DNA of 64,000 bases from the NCBI GenBank assembly GCA_963790205.1, contig CAWBNQ010000003.1:832001-896000 (forward strand). Reading direction: 5' to 3'. Made by a program: the position numbers and the translations under genes. Every line of letters begins with the position of its first letter. Within the stretch, counting starts at the first letter, position 1. The DNA comes from Nitrospirota bacterium (GTDB lineage Bacteria > Nitrospirota > UBA9217). The notes beneath the pieces were generated by a model, which did no database searches, was not told where the DNA came from, and worked only from the letters and a program-made list of their open reading frames with translations. Below are positions 10,906 to 20,941 of this stretch, one piece after another.

Positions 10906-11733
10906 ATGGTGATTGAACAAAAATGGGAGCGTCTCAAAACACTGCTCCAGGAGCTGCAATGCGCGGTGCTCGCCTATTCCGGCGGCGTGGACAGTTCCCT
11001 TCTGATGAAGGCGGCATCGGAGGTGCTGGGACCTCGCCTCATCGCGGTCACCTCGGTTTCAGAGACCTATCCGCCCGGCGAACTCGATGCAGCGAAGACG
11101 TTCGCCCGTTTGCTGGGCGTAACGCACCGCATTCTACGCACCACGGAACTTTCTTCCGAAGATTTTGTGCAAAACTCAACGGACCGGTGCTACTTCTGCA
11201 AGAAGGAGCTTTTTGAAAAGATCAGGCAGATCGCCGATACCGAGGGCATTCCCGTCATTCTCGACGGGTCGAATGCCGACGATCTTAAGGACTATCGTCC
11301 CGGCACGAAAGCCGCGAAGGAGTATTCCATCAGGAGCCCGCTCCAGGAAGCGGGGTTCACCAAGTCCGATGTCCGCGACTGCGCGCGCCTGCTGGGCCTG
11401 CCGGTCTGGGACAAACCGTCGCTCGCCTGCCTCTCTTCCCGCATCCCCTACGGAACGCGGATCACCCCCGGGATATTGCAGACCGTCCATTCTGCCGAAG
11501 AACACATGCGCTCGCTCGGGTTCCGCGAGGTGCGTGTCCGTCATCACGGCGATACTGCGCGGATCGAGGTTCGGAAAAGCGATTTCGAACACATGCTCAC
11601 GGGCGATACAGCGCGAAAGCTGATCGCGGCGCTCAAAAAACTGGGCTACACGTACATCTGCCTGGACCTCGAAGGGTATCGCACGGGAAGCATGAATGAG
11701 GGGCTTAAGATACCAGTAGGAAGTAAGAAGTAA
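10906..11733 (+). CDS. larE: LarE-family ATP-dependent sulfur transferase (PP-loop)
   Basis: AYSGGVDS, RCYFCK, DGSNADD..DYRPG, KPSLACLSSRIPYG, RVRHH and GYRTGSMN motifs. Confidence 0.9.
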   Translation: MVIEQKWERLKTLLQELQCAVLAYSGGVDSSLLMKAASEVLGPRLIAVTSVSETYPPGELDAAKTFARLLGVTHRILRTTELSSEDFVQNSTDRCYFCKKELFEKIRQIADTEGIPVILDGSNADDLKDYRPGTKAAKEYSIRSPLQEAGFTKSDVRDCARLLGLPVWDKPSLACLSSRIPYGTRITPGILQTVHSAEEHMRSLGFREVRVRHHGDTARIEVRKSDFEHMLTGDTARKLIAALKKLGYTYICLDLEGYRTGSMNEGLKIPVGSKK

Positions 11734-11771
11734 GGAATTTGGAAGTATTCTTGAATTCAAGGAGTATAGGG

Positions 11772-13049
11772 ATGAGGGTACTGGTGGTCGGCGGCGGCGG
11801 CCGGGAACACGCACTGGTGTGGAAGATCTCGCAAAGCCCCCGGGTGACGAAGATCTACGCGGCCCCGGGGAATGCGGGGATGGCGCAGTTTGCCGAATGC
11901 GTGCAGCTCAGAGCCGAGGACATACCGGGTCTCCTTGCCTTTGCCAGGGCGCAGGCTATCGACCTGACCGTTGTGGGGCCGGAAGGTCCCCTCTCCATGG
12001 GCATTGTGGACGAATTCACCAGAGCGGGTCTGCGTATTTTCGGCCCGAGCGGCAAGGCGGCCGTGATCGAGGCCAGCAAGCAGTTTTCGAAGGACCTGAT
12101 GAAAAAATACCATGTCCCGTCCGCGGAATACGGCGCCTTCACCGACCGGGCGGCGGCCGAAGCATATGTGCGCGGGAAAGGTGCTCCGATCGTGGTCAAG
12201 GCCGACGGACTGGCAGCGGGCAAGGGCGTGGTGGTTGCCGAGACAGTCGAGGAGGCGCTCAAGGCCCTGGACCTGATCATGTCGCAGAAGGCCTTCGGCA
12301 CGGCGGGAGACCGCGTCGTGATCGAGGAATGTCTCAAGGGAGAAGAGGCGTCGTTCATGGCCTTTACCGACGGCAGGACCGTGGTGCCCATGGCTTCGTC
12401 GCAGGACCACAAACGCGTGTTCGACGCGGACAAGGGGCCGAACACCGGCGGCATGGGCGCCTATTCACCGGCGCCGATCGTGACGAAGAAACTTGAACGG
12501 AAGATCATGGAAACGATCATGGTCCCCACCGTGCGGGCCATGGAGAAAGAGGGGCGCCTGTTCAAGGGCGTGCTGTATGCCGGCGTCATGATCTACGAGG
12601 GAGAGGCAAAGGTGCTCGAGTTCAACGCGCGCTTCGGCGATCCGGAAACGCAACCGGTCATGTCAAGGCTCGATACGGACCTTATCACGATCCTCGAGGC
12701 GATCGTGGACGGCACGCTGTCCAAGATCGAGATCGCCTGGAAGTCCGATTCCGCAGTCTGCGTGGTCATGGCCTCGGGCGGATATCCGGGCAATTACGAG
12801 AAGGGCAAGGAGATCACGGGCCTCGACAAGGCCGCCGGGCATGAGAACGTCATGGTCTTCCACTCGGGGACCTCGCAGAAGAACGGCAAGATCGTGACCG
12901 ACGGCGGCAGGGTGCTTGGGGTCACGGCGCTGGGGCCGGTGGTGGCAGCGGCCATCGACAAGGCCTATGCGGCGGTGCGGGACATCTCCTTCGAAGGAGC
13001 GCACTACCGCCGGGACATCGGCGCGCGGGCGCTCGAAACGGGGAATTAA
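11772..13049 (+). CDS. purD: Phosphoribosylamine-glycine ligase
   Basis: GGGGREHAL, VVKADGLAAGKGV, QDHKR..D.D.GPNTGGMGAY and EFNARFGDPETQ motifs. Confidence 0.98.
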   Translation: MRVLVVGGGGREHALVWKISQSPRVTKIYAAPGNAGMAQFAECVQLRAEDIPGLLAFARAQAIDLTVVGPEGPLSMGIVDEFTRAGLRIFGPSGKAAVIEASKQFSKDLMKKYHVPSAEYGAFTDRAAAEAYVRGKGAPIVVKADGLAAGKGVVVAETVEEALKALDLIMSQKAFGTAGDRVVIEECLKGEEASFMAFTDGRTVVPMASSQDHKRVFDADKGPNTGGMGAYSPAPIVTKKLERKIMETIMVPTVRAMEKEGRLFKGVLYAGVMIYEGEAKVLEFNARFGDPETQPVMSRLDTDLITILEAIVDGTLSKIEIAWKSDSAVCVVMASGGYPGNYEKGKEITGLDKAAGHENVMVFHSGTSQKNGKIVTDGGRVLGVTALGPVVAAAIDKAYAAVRDISFEGAHYRRDIGARALETGN

Positions 13050-13105
13050 AATTAACCGCAGATCGCAGAGGGAACGTACGTTTGCGTTTGTACGAAACTT
13101 ATCTA

Positions 13106-13870
13106 ATGAAGAAAGCAACCGTCAAGAATATCAGCGATTTTCTGAACAGGACGCTGCGGGTCAAAAAAATACGTGACGCTTCCGTGAACGGCCTGCAGGT
13201 CCGGCCTCGTAACGCCGGTGAAATAGCCACGGTCGGTTTTGCCGTTGATGCTTGCGTCCCGACCTTTGAAAAAGCGAAAAAGCTCGACGTCGATCTCCTG
13301 GTGGTGCACCACGGCATCAAGTGGAGACCGCAAAAAGACAGGGTCCTTGCGGAGAGGAGAATGGCGTTCCTCAAGAAAAACAACATGGCGCTCTATGCCG
13401 TGCATCTGCCGCTTGATCTGCATGAGGAATACGGGAACAACATCCAACTGGCCCGGTTCCTGGGTCTTCGGGGCATCCGGAAATTCGGCAGGTATCACCG
13501 CGTACCGATCGGCTACGCGGGAGCGCTCGGGAAGGCGACGAGTCTCCATGCAATCGCCGCGCAGGTGCGGAGACATTTGCAATCGTCTTGCCGGTCGCTT
13601 TCCTTCGGCAAAGACCGCGTGCGGACGATGGGTATCATCTCCGGCGGGGGCGGCAGCGTGCTGATCGACGCGGTAAAGGAAAAACTCGACTGTTTTCTGG
13701 TCGGCGAGATCGATCTTGCGGCGTATAACGCGGCAAGGGACCACGCGATCAACCTTATTGTCGCCGGCCACTATGCAACGGAAACGGTCGGAGTAAAGGC
13801 CTTGATGCCCCTCATCAAGGAGACCTTCGGTGTTGAAACGGTCTTTATCGAAGATAAAAAGAAACTCTAA
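13106..13870 (+). CDS. NIF3/YbgI-like dinuclear metal-centre protein
   Basis: NGLQV, VHHG, HLPLD.H..GNN and AGHYATE motifs. Confidence 0.92.
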   Translation: MKKATVKNISDFLNRTLRVKKIRDASVNGLQVRPRNAGEIATVGFAVDACVPTFEKAKKLDVDLLVVHHGIKWRPQKDRVLAERRMAFLKKNNMALYAVHLPLDLHEEYGNNIQLARFLGLRGIRKFGRYHRVPIGYAGALGKATSLHAIAAQVRRHLQSSCRSLSFGKDRVRTMGIISGGGGSVLIDAVKEKLDCFLVGEIDLAAYNAARDHAINLIVAGHYATETVGVKALMPLIKETFGVETVFIEDKKKL

Positions 13871-14018
13871 CATAAAAAATCGCAAGTCGTTCTTGTCGCA
13901 GTGAACGCGGAGGACGCAACGGTAAGGCCTTTTACCGTGTTAGCGTCCTCAGCGGTAAAAAATTTGTTTTCAGCATAAGCACCTCGTTATCAACGAAGAG
14001 CTGAGAAGGGAGTTCATC

Positions 14019-14645
14019 ATGGCTAAACCGCTTGTAGGGATATTGATGGGGAGCGATTCAGACCTGCCGATCATGCAGGAAGCAGCGGCCATGCTCCAGG
14101 AGTTCGGTATCGAATACGAGATGACGATCGCATCGGCGCACCGGACACCGAAGAAGGTCCTCGAATACAGCCAGAACGCAGAGAAACGCGGGCTCAAGGT
14201 GATCATTGCCGGCGCGGGCTGGGCCGCGCACCTCGCGGGTTTCGTGGCATCGCAGACGACGCTGCCGGTGATCGGAGTACCGATCGATTCCTCGCCGCTC
14301 AAGGGGATCGACGCGCTCCTGTCCACGGCGCAGATGCCGGGGGGCGTGCCGGTAGCGACTATGTCGCTCGGCAAGTCCGGCGCAAAGAACGCCGGCGTGT
14401 TCGCAGCGCAGATCATCGCAATCGGCGACGTGAAGATCGCCAACCGCCTCAAAGTCTACAAAGTCGAGATGGAGCGAGAGGTCGAGGAGAAGTCAAAGCG
14501 GCTCGTTGCTATTTCGTCGGTTGTGGCGCCGCTCAAAGAGGCCGCTGCCGTCGCCCCGGCCGGGCCGGCCAAGAAAAAATCACGCCGGAGACGGCGGAAG
14601 AAAAAAGCCGACGGTACGGCGCCCGTCCAGGGACCGGCATCGTGA
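14019..14645 (+). CDS. purE: N5-CAIR mutase with a basic C-terminal tail
   Basis: MGSDSD, SAHRTP, AGAGWAAHL and QMPGGVPVAT motifs; tail contains KKKSRRRRRKKK. Confidence 0.96.
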   Translation: MAKPLVGILMGSDSDLPIMQEAAAMLQEFGIEYEMTIASAHRTPKKVLEYSQNAEKRGLKVIIAGAGWAAHLAGFVASQTTLPVIGVPIDSSPLKGIDALLSTAQMPGGVPVATMSLGKSGAKNAGVFAAQIIAIGDVKIANRLKVYKVEMEREVEEKSKRLVAISSVVAPLKEAAAVAPAGPAKKKSRRRRRKKKADGTAPVQGPAS

Positions 14646-15502
14646 AGACCGAGCTCGAATGCCTGCCCTGTTTTTACGGGCAGATCGCGCGTACGCTCGC
14701 CTATGCTGGCATAAACGGCGACCGCGGCAGCCGCATCAAACGCAAGGCCGAAGCGGTCATTGAAAGCGCGTCCCTCGACGAGGTGCCGGCGCGCACGACC
14801 ACCCTCATTCACCGGATCCTGCGGCAGGAAACAGGCGTTGATCCGTATAAAAAAGTGAAAGAGACCTATAACCAGATCGCGCTCGAGAAACTGTCTGGTC
14901 TCAGGAAGCGGGCTTTCGAAAACGCCGATCGCCTCGAAGGAAGCGTTCGCGCCGCGATCGCGGGGAACGTGATCGACTTCGGCATCTACGAACAGATCGA
15001 CCTTGATCGTTCCATCGACGAAGCGTTTCTCCTGCCGCTGTCCACTGCCGGGTATCGGTCTTTTTCGGCCGCCGTCAACAGCGCTCATCGTATTCTCTAC
15101 CTCTGCGACAACGCGGGCGAGCTCGTCTTCGATCGGGTCCTTCTCGAAATCCTGCGGGACAGGGAAAAAAACGTGACCGTTGCGGTCAAGGGGGCGCCGG
15201 TGATCAACGACGCCACGCTCGCCGACGCGGAATTCGCCGGTCTCGCCGAGTGTGCTACGGTCATCGACAACGGCAATGACGGCATCGGCACGCTGCTGGA
15301 GGCGTGCTCGCCGCGTTTCATGGACGCCTATCGTGCGGCGGATCTTATCATCAGCAAAGGCCAGGCCAATTACGAAACCCTTGTTCAGTCCGGCGATGCG
15401 CGCATCTTCTACCTGTTCAAAGTTAAATGCCCGGTTGTTGCAAACGCGCTCAAACGTGAGAACGGCGACATTGTGGTGATGGGCGGAATTAGTAAAAAGT
15501 AA
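14642..15502 (+). CDS. DUF89/ARMT1-like damage-control phosphatase
   Basis: ECLPC, AIAGNVIDFG, CDNAGE..FD, INDAT, SKGQANYE and KVKC motifs. Confidence 0.9.
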   Translation: MKTELECLPCFYGQIARTLAYAGINGDRGSRIKRKAEAVIESASLDEVPARTTTLIHRILRQETGVDPYKKVKETYNQIALEKLSGLRKRAFENADRLEGSVRAAIAGNVIDFGIYEQIDLDRSIDEAFLLPLSTAGYRSFSAAVNSAHRILYLCDNAGELVFDRVLLEILRDREKNVTVAVKGAPVINDATLADAEFAGLAECATVIDNGNDGIGTLLEACSPRFMDAYRAADLIISKGQANYETLVQSGDARIFYLFKVKCPVVANALKRENGDIVVMGGISKK

Positions 15503-15582
15503 GAAGTAGGAAGTAGAAAATAAGGGGTAAGTAAGGTAAGGAACGAAGAAGAATGAATCGCGAGTCGTGATGCGGTGAATAC

Positions 15583-16197
15583 ATGAAGAAGGATGCCGAG
15601 ATCGTCAAAATAGACCCTGCTCACCCCGAGCACGCTTTCGCCCGATGCAGGGACGTAATATTCGCGGGCGGCGTGATCGTTTATCCGACCGACACTTTTT
15701 ACGGCCTCGGTGCGGACCCCGGCAATGCCGCTGCGATCCAAAAACTTTTTGCGATCAAAGACAGACAGATCGACCGGCCTATTCTGCTTTTGATAAAGGA
15801 CGCCGGTCAGGTGCCGAATTGGGCGGCCGAAATTCCCGCGAAGGCCGAAAAGCTGATGCGGCAGTACTGGCCCGGCCCGCTTACGCTCGTGTTTAAGGCA
15901 AAGGAGTACGTACTGCCCGAACTTACGGCGGGCGCCGGTACGATCGGGCTCAGGGTTCCCGGCAGCGTGCTTACGGTGCAGCTCCTTGCCTTTCTGGGTA
16001 CGGCGCTCACCGGCACGAGCGCGAACACCTCGGGCGGCCCCAGCCCCCGGACGGCGGAGGAAGCCATGGAGGCCGTGGGCGGCGCCGTTGATCTGATCGT
16101 CGACGGCGGCAGGACCTCAGGCGGCAAACCGTCCACCGTGGCGGATGTAAGCGCCGGTCAGGTCACGGTAATACGTGAAGGCGCGATCAAGCTGTAA
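15583..16197 (+). CDS. tsaC: L-threonylcarbamoyladenylate synthase (YrdC/Sua5)
   Basis: YPTDTFYGL, IKDR, WPGPLTLV, TSANTSG and PSTV motifs. Confidence 0.93.
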   Translation: MKKDAEIVKIDPAHPEHAFARCRDVIFAGGVIVYPTDTFYGLGADPGNAAAIQKLFAIKDRQIDRPILLLIKDAGQVPNWAAEIPAKAEKLMRQYWPGPLTLVFKAKEYVLPELTAGAGTIGLRVPGSVLTVQLLAFLGTALTGTSANTSGGPSPRTAEEAMEAVGGAVDLIVDGGRTSGGKPSTVADVSAGQVTVIREGAIKL

Positions 16198-16291
16198 AAC
16201 TTGTGAAATAGAGACAACGGTCGCGCGTTTCGAGTTGCAGTTTCGAGTTACCGTTAAATTTCTATTTTACTATTATTGAAAAGGACGGACG

Positions 16292-17609
16292 ATGAAGAAA
16301 GTATTTGTGCTGGACACCAATGTGCTGCTCCACGACCCTCGGGCGATCTTTTCCTTCGAGGACAACGATGTGATCATCCCGATCGTGGTGATCGAGGAGC
16401 TCGACAAGTTCAAGAAAGGGATCGATGAGATCGGCAGGAACGCGCGCCAAGTGTCGAGGATCCTCGACGAGTACCGGCAAAAAGGCAAGCTATCCCAGGG
16501 GGTCAAGCTCGACGGCGGCGGCGATCTCCGCGTTGAGTTGAACCACCAGTCCACGGAGCATCTGCCGCGCCGAACTGATCGCGACCAAGGCGGACAACCG
16601 GATCCTCGCCACGGCGCTGAACCTGAAGCACGACAACCTCCCGGTGATCCTCGTGACCAAGGACACGAACCTGCGCATCAAGGCCGATGCGGTCGGTCTC
16701 AATGCCGAAGACTACGAATCGGACACCATAACGCTCGACGAACTCTATTCCGGCGAGATGGAACTTGCCGTTGGGCCCGGCGCGATCGAAGAATTCTACA
16801 CCAAGGGCGAGTTGCAGACCCCTGATCCCAAACCCCACCCAAACCAGTTTGTGCTCATCAAAAACACGGCCAATCCGTCACAGACCGCGCTTGCCCGGTA
16901 CAGCCAGCAGAAGCAAGCCCTGGTCCCTATCCTGAGTGTCAAGCACGGGGTCTGGGGCATCACGTCGCGCAACAAGCAGCAGCAGTTCGCGCTCGACCTG
17001 CTCCTGAACGATGATATCCGTCTGGTGACGCTCGTGGGCAAGGCCGGTACCGGCAAGACGCTCCTGGCGCTGGCCGCGGGCCTGGACAAGACCATCGAAG
17101 CACGGTCGTTCCAGCGGCTCGTCGTCTCCCGGCCGGTGTTCCCCATGGGCAAGGACATCGGGTTCCTGCCCGGCGATATCGAGGAGAAGCTCAGGCCCTG
17201 GATGCAGCCCATCCGTGATAACCTCGACTTCCTCGTGGGCTCCTCGGGAGGACCCGGACGGGTCAAGGGCAAGAAGGACCTCCAGAGCCTCTTCGACCTC
17301 GGCATGATCGAGGTTGAGCCCCTCACCTATATCCGCGGGAGGAGCATGCCGAACCAGTACCTCATCGTGGACGAGGCGCAGAACCTCACGCCCCACGAGA
17401 TCAAGACGATCATCACCCGCGCGGGCGAGGGGACTAAGGTCGTGCTGACCGGCGACCCCTACCAGATCGACAACCCCTACATCGACTCGGAGAGCAACGG
17501 CCTCACCTTCGTGGTCGAGCGCTTCAAGGAAGAGCCGATCGCGGGACACATCACGCTTATCAAGGGCGAGCGTTCGGACCTCGCGGAACTTGCGGCAACG
17601 CTGTTGTAA
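16292..17609 (+). CDS. PIN-PhoH fusion (PhoH2-like ATPase), frameshift near 16568
   Basis: VLDTNVLLHDP PIN start; DNRIL...VTKDTNLRIKA; GKAGTGKT; IGFLPGD; RGRS; DEAQN; GDPYQID. Confidence 0.93.
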
Positions 17610-17660
17610 GAGCACACGGGAATTTAAATCCATATCAGCTCACACGTAAGGAGGCCATTG

Positions 17661-18119
17661 ATGGTCAAGCAGGCATGCCCAACACCGGGTTTTGAGAGAT
17701 TGCTGGTTGCAACGGACGGGTCCGACTTCAGCAAGGCGGCAGTAGAGGAGGCGATCAAGATCGCCCGCGTATGTTCGAGCATGCTGTACGTTGTGCTGGT
17801 GATCGAGATCAGCGCCGAAATAGAGATGTGGGACGCGCAGTCCGCGGACAAGCTTGAAAAGGACATGCGACATTATCTGAACGGCATTCGATCAAAGGCC
17901 GCCAGGGCAGGCGTCAAATGCGAGGTCATCCTGCACCTGGGTGACGAGCCTTACAAGGATATTGTTTCCGAGGCGAAAAAACGGAAGGTCAGCACGATCA
18001 TCATGGGCAGCCACGGACGCACCGGGCTTACGCGGCTTCTGATGGGCAGTGTGGTTTCAAGGGTCATCGGTCATGCGCCGTGCAAGGTGCTGGTGGTCCC
18101 GGTAAAAGTCAAAAAATAG
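17661..18119 (+). CDS. Universal stress protein
   Basis: LLVATDGS, IMGSHGRTG...MGSV and APCKVLVV motifs; SD AAGGAGG. Confidence 0.93.
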   Translation: MVKQACPTPGFERLLVATDGSDFSKAAVEEAIKIARVCSSMLYVVLVIEISAEIEMWDAQSADKLEKDMRHYLNGIRSKAARAGVKCEVILHLGDEPYKDIVSEAKKRKVSTIIMGSHGRTGLTRLLMGSVVSRVIGHAPCKVLVVPVKVKK

Positions 18120-18251
18120 CCTTTTCTGCAGTAATACTTTTGCCGGTGCTTTGCGCTCTGTCCGGAATTTGAACAGTTGACAGACGTTTCTCTTAGCTCT
18201 AATATCTGAATATGGTTTCTGCTCCAACCTGATAAAGCAGAAAAAACAGCC

Positions 18252-20912
18252 ATGTTGAAAAATTCCGGATCGTCCATACAGTTCCTGCCGATTTTTTTGG
18301 TGTTTTTGTTGCGTTCGGGCTCTATGCGAGCAGCCTGTACAGCTACCTGCTTTTTCACAGCCTTGTCGAGCTGTTCAGCGTCCTTGTCGCCTTCGTGATT
18401 TTCGTTCTGGCCTGGCACACCCGTCGTCTTCTGGACAACCACTATCTGCTCCTTATTGGTATCGTTTCTCTGTGCAGCGGCGCCCTGGACCTGGTCCACA
18501 TCCTGGCTTATCAAGGGATGGGCGTTTTCCCGGGTTATGATGCAAACCTCGCCACGCAGCTCTGGATCGCCTTCCGGTACGTCTTCAGCGTTTCCCTCCT
18601 CCTGGCGCCCTTTTTCGTCAGCAGGAAATTACATCCTGAAAAGACCTTGGCGGTCTCCCTGACCGTCACGGTATTTCTTCTCGCAGTCGATCTTTCTGCG
18701 ATGGTTCCCTGATTGCTTCGTCGAGGGCAGCGGGCTGACCCGATTCAAGATCGTGAGCGAATACGTCATCTGCCTGATCTTCCTTGCCGCCCTTGCCGCG
18801 TTATTCGTAAAACGCCATGCGTTCGACCGCATTGTTCTGAAATTGATGGCGCTCTCGATCCTGAGTTCCGTTGTCTCGGAATTGAGTTTTACGCAGTATG
18901 TGAGCGTGTACGGGGCGGCCAATATGGCGGGCCATTTCTTTGAACTTCTTTCGTATACGCTCATCTACCGGGCTCTTGTCGTTACCGGCGTGGTCTATCC
19001 TTCAAACCTCCTGTTCAGGAACCTGAAACAGAACGAAGACGCGCTCAAAGAGAGCGAAACCAAATATCGTTCTTTGTTCGAGAGCATGATCGACGGTTTT
19101 GCGTTCCACAAGATCATCATGGACGAAACGAGAAAGCCTGTTGATTACGTTTTTCTGGAAGTCAATGGCGCCTTCGAAAGGCTCACGGGGTTGAAGAGGC
19201 AGGATGTCATCGGGAAAAGGGTAACCGAAGTAATACCTGGCATCGAGCGCGGCCCCGCAGACTGGATAGGCGTTTATGGACAAGTTGCGTTGACTGGAAA
19301 AGAGATCCGCTTCGAACAACATGCTGAACCTCTCGGCAAGTGGTATTCTGTTTCCTCATACAGCCCGATGAAGGACCACTTTGTTGCTGTTTTCGAGGAC
19401 ATCACTGCGCGCAAACAAGCGGAAGAAGCCTTGCGCAGGTCACATGAAGAACTCGAAGAAAGCGTTCAGGGCCGGACCGCGGAACTCGTAAGGGCTAACG
19501 AGGAGTTGGAAGCCGAAATAGCCGAGCGCATGGAGGCTGAGGGGGCGCTCCGGGCCTCGTCAGAGGAGATACGCGTCCTCTATAACAACAGCAGGGTCAC
19601 GAATGACCTTCTGCAGCTCTATACTCGGAAGTTTTCACATAAGGAATATCTGGACGCCGCCGCGGTTTTGATCCGGGATTGGAGCGGCTGCCGCCATGTG
19701 GGATTGCGGATAGCTGATGAGGACGGGATAATCCCCTTTGAATCGTGCGTGGGCTACGATCAAAAATTCCTCGACTCGGAGAGCGCGCTCTCGCTTGAGC
19801 GCGACCAGTGCGCGTGTATCCGGGTCATTCAGGGTGCGCCGGAACCTCAGGACCTGCCCGCCATGACCAGCGCCGGTTCGTTTTATTCCAACAATAGTAT
19901 GGCCTTCATGGAAGGTCTTGCGAGCGAACAGACGACGCGATTCCGGGGTGTGTGCATGCAGAGAGGATTCACCTCACTGGCCGTGGTCCCCATACGATAT
20001 CGCGAGAAAATTCTCGGGGCCATCCATATCGCGGACGAGCAGGAGGGCAAGGTGCCGCTCAAGAACGTCGAGTTCCTTGAGCACATCGCATTCATCATCG
20101 GGGAAGCCTTGTTCCGGTTCGGCGTCGAAGAGGAATTGCGGAAGCTGAACAGGGAACTCGAACAGCGCGTTGTTGATCGCACCGCACAGCTCGAGGCCGC
20201 GAACAGGGAACTGGAGGCCTTTGCCTATTCCGTGTCGCACGACCTCCGGGCGCCGATCCGGGCCATTGACGGCTTCAGCCGCATTATTGAGGAGGAGCAC
20301 GCTGAAAAGCTCGGCGCTGCCGGAAGAGACTACTTCCGCCGCGTGCGGGCGGCGGGGCAGAGGATGGCGCAGCTTATCGATGCCATGCTGAGCTTGTCGC
20401 GCCTGACGCGTGGGGAGCTCAACCGCATCCGGGTGGACCTCGGACCGTTCGCGAAGACCGCGGCCAATGAACTTAAAAAGGGCCAGCCTGACCGCAGGGT
20501 GAAGTTCGACATAGCCGATGGAATGATGGCGGAGGGAGATCCCGTCATGGTGCGGATGGTCGTCGAAAACCTCCTGGGGAACGCCTGGAAATTCACCTCG
20601 AAGACGGAGCATGCGCGGATCGAGTTCGGGTCCTTCGAATGTGGAATGCCGAATTCGGAATTCGGAAAGAAAGCACAAGAGAGGTGCGAAAAGGGGAAGA
20701 CCGTATACTTCGTGCGGGACAACGGGGCCGGGTTCGATATGACCTATGCGAAGAAATTGTTCATGGCGTTTCAACGGCTCCATACTGCCGATGAATTTCC
20801 CGGTTTGGGAATCGGCCTGGCCACGGTGCAGCGCATCATCCATCGCCACGGCGGCAGGATCTGGGCCGAGGGAGAACCGGATAAGGGAGCGACGTTCTAT
20901 TTTACGTTATAA
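18252..20912 (+). CDS. MASE3-PAS-GAF sensor histidine kinase, frameshifts near 18312 and 18687
   Basis: [12 protein letters not shown]...[14 protein letters not shown]...NLATQLWI (MASE3-like); PAS; Cys-rich GAF; SHDLRAP H-box; DNGAGF and GLGIGL. Confidence 0.85.
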
Positions 20913-20941
20913 AACAGTTAAGATTTTTAAGGATCTCAATC

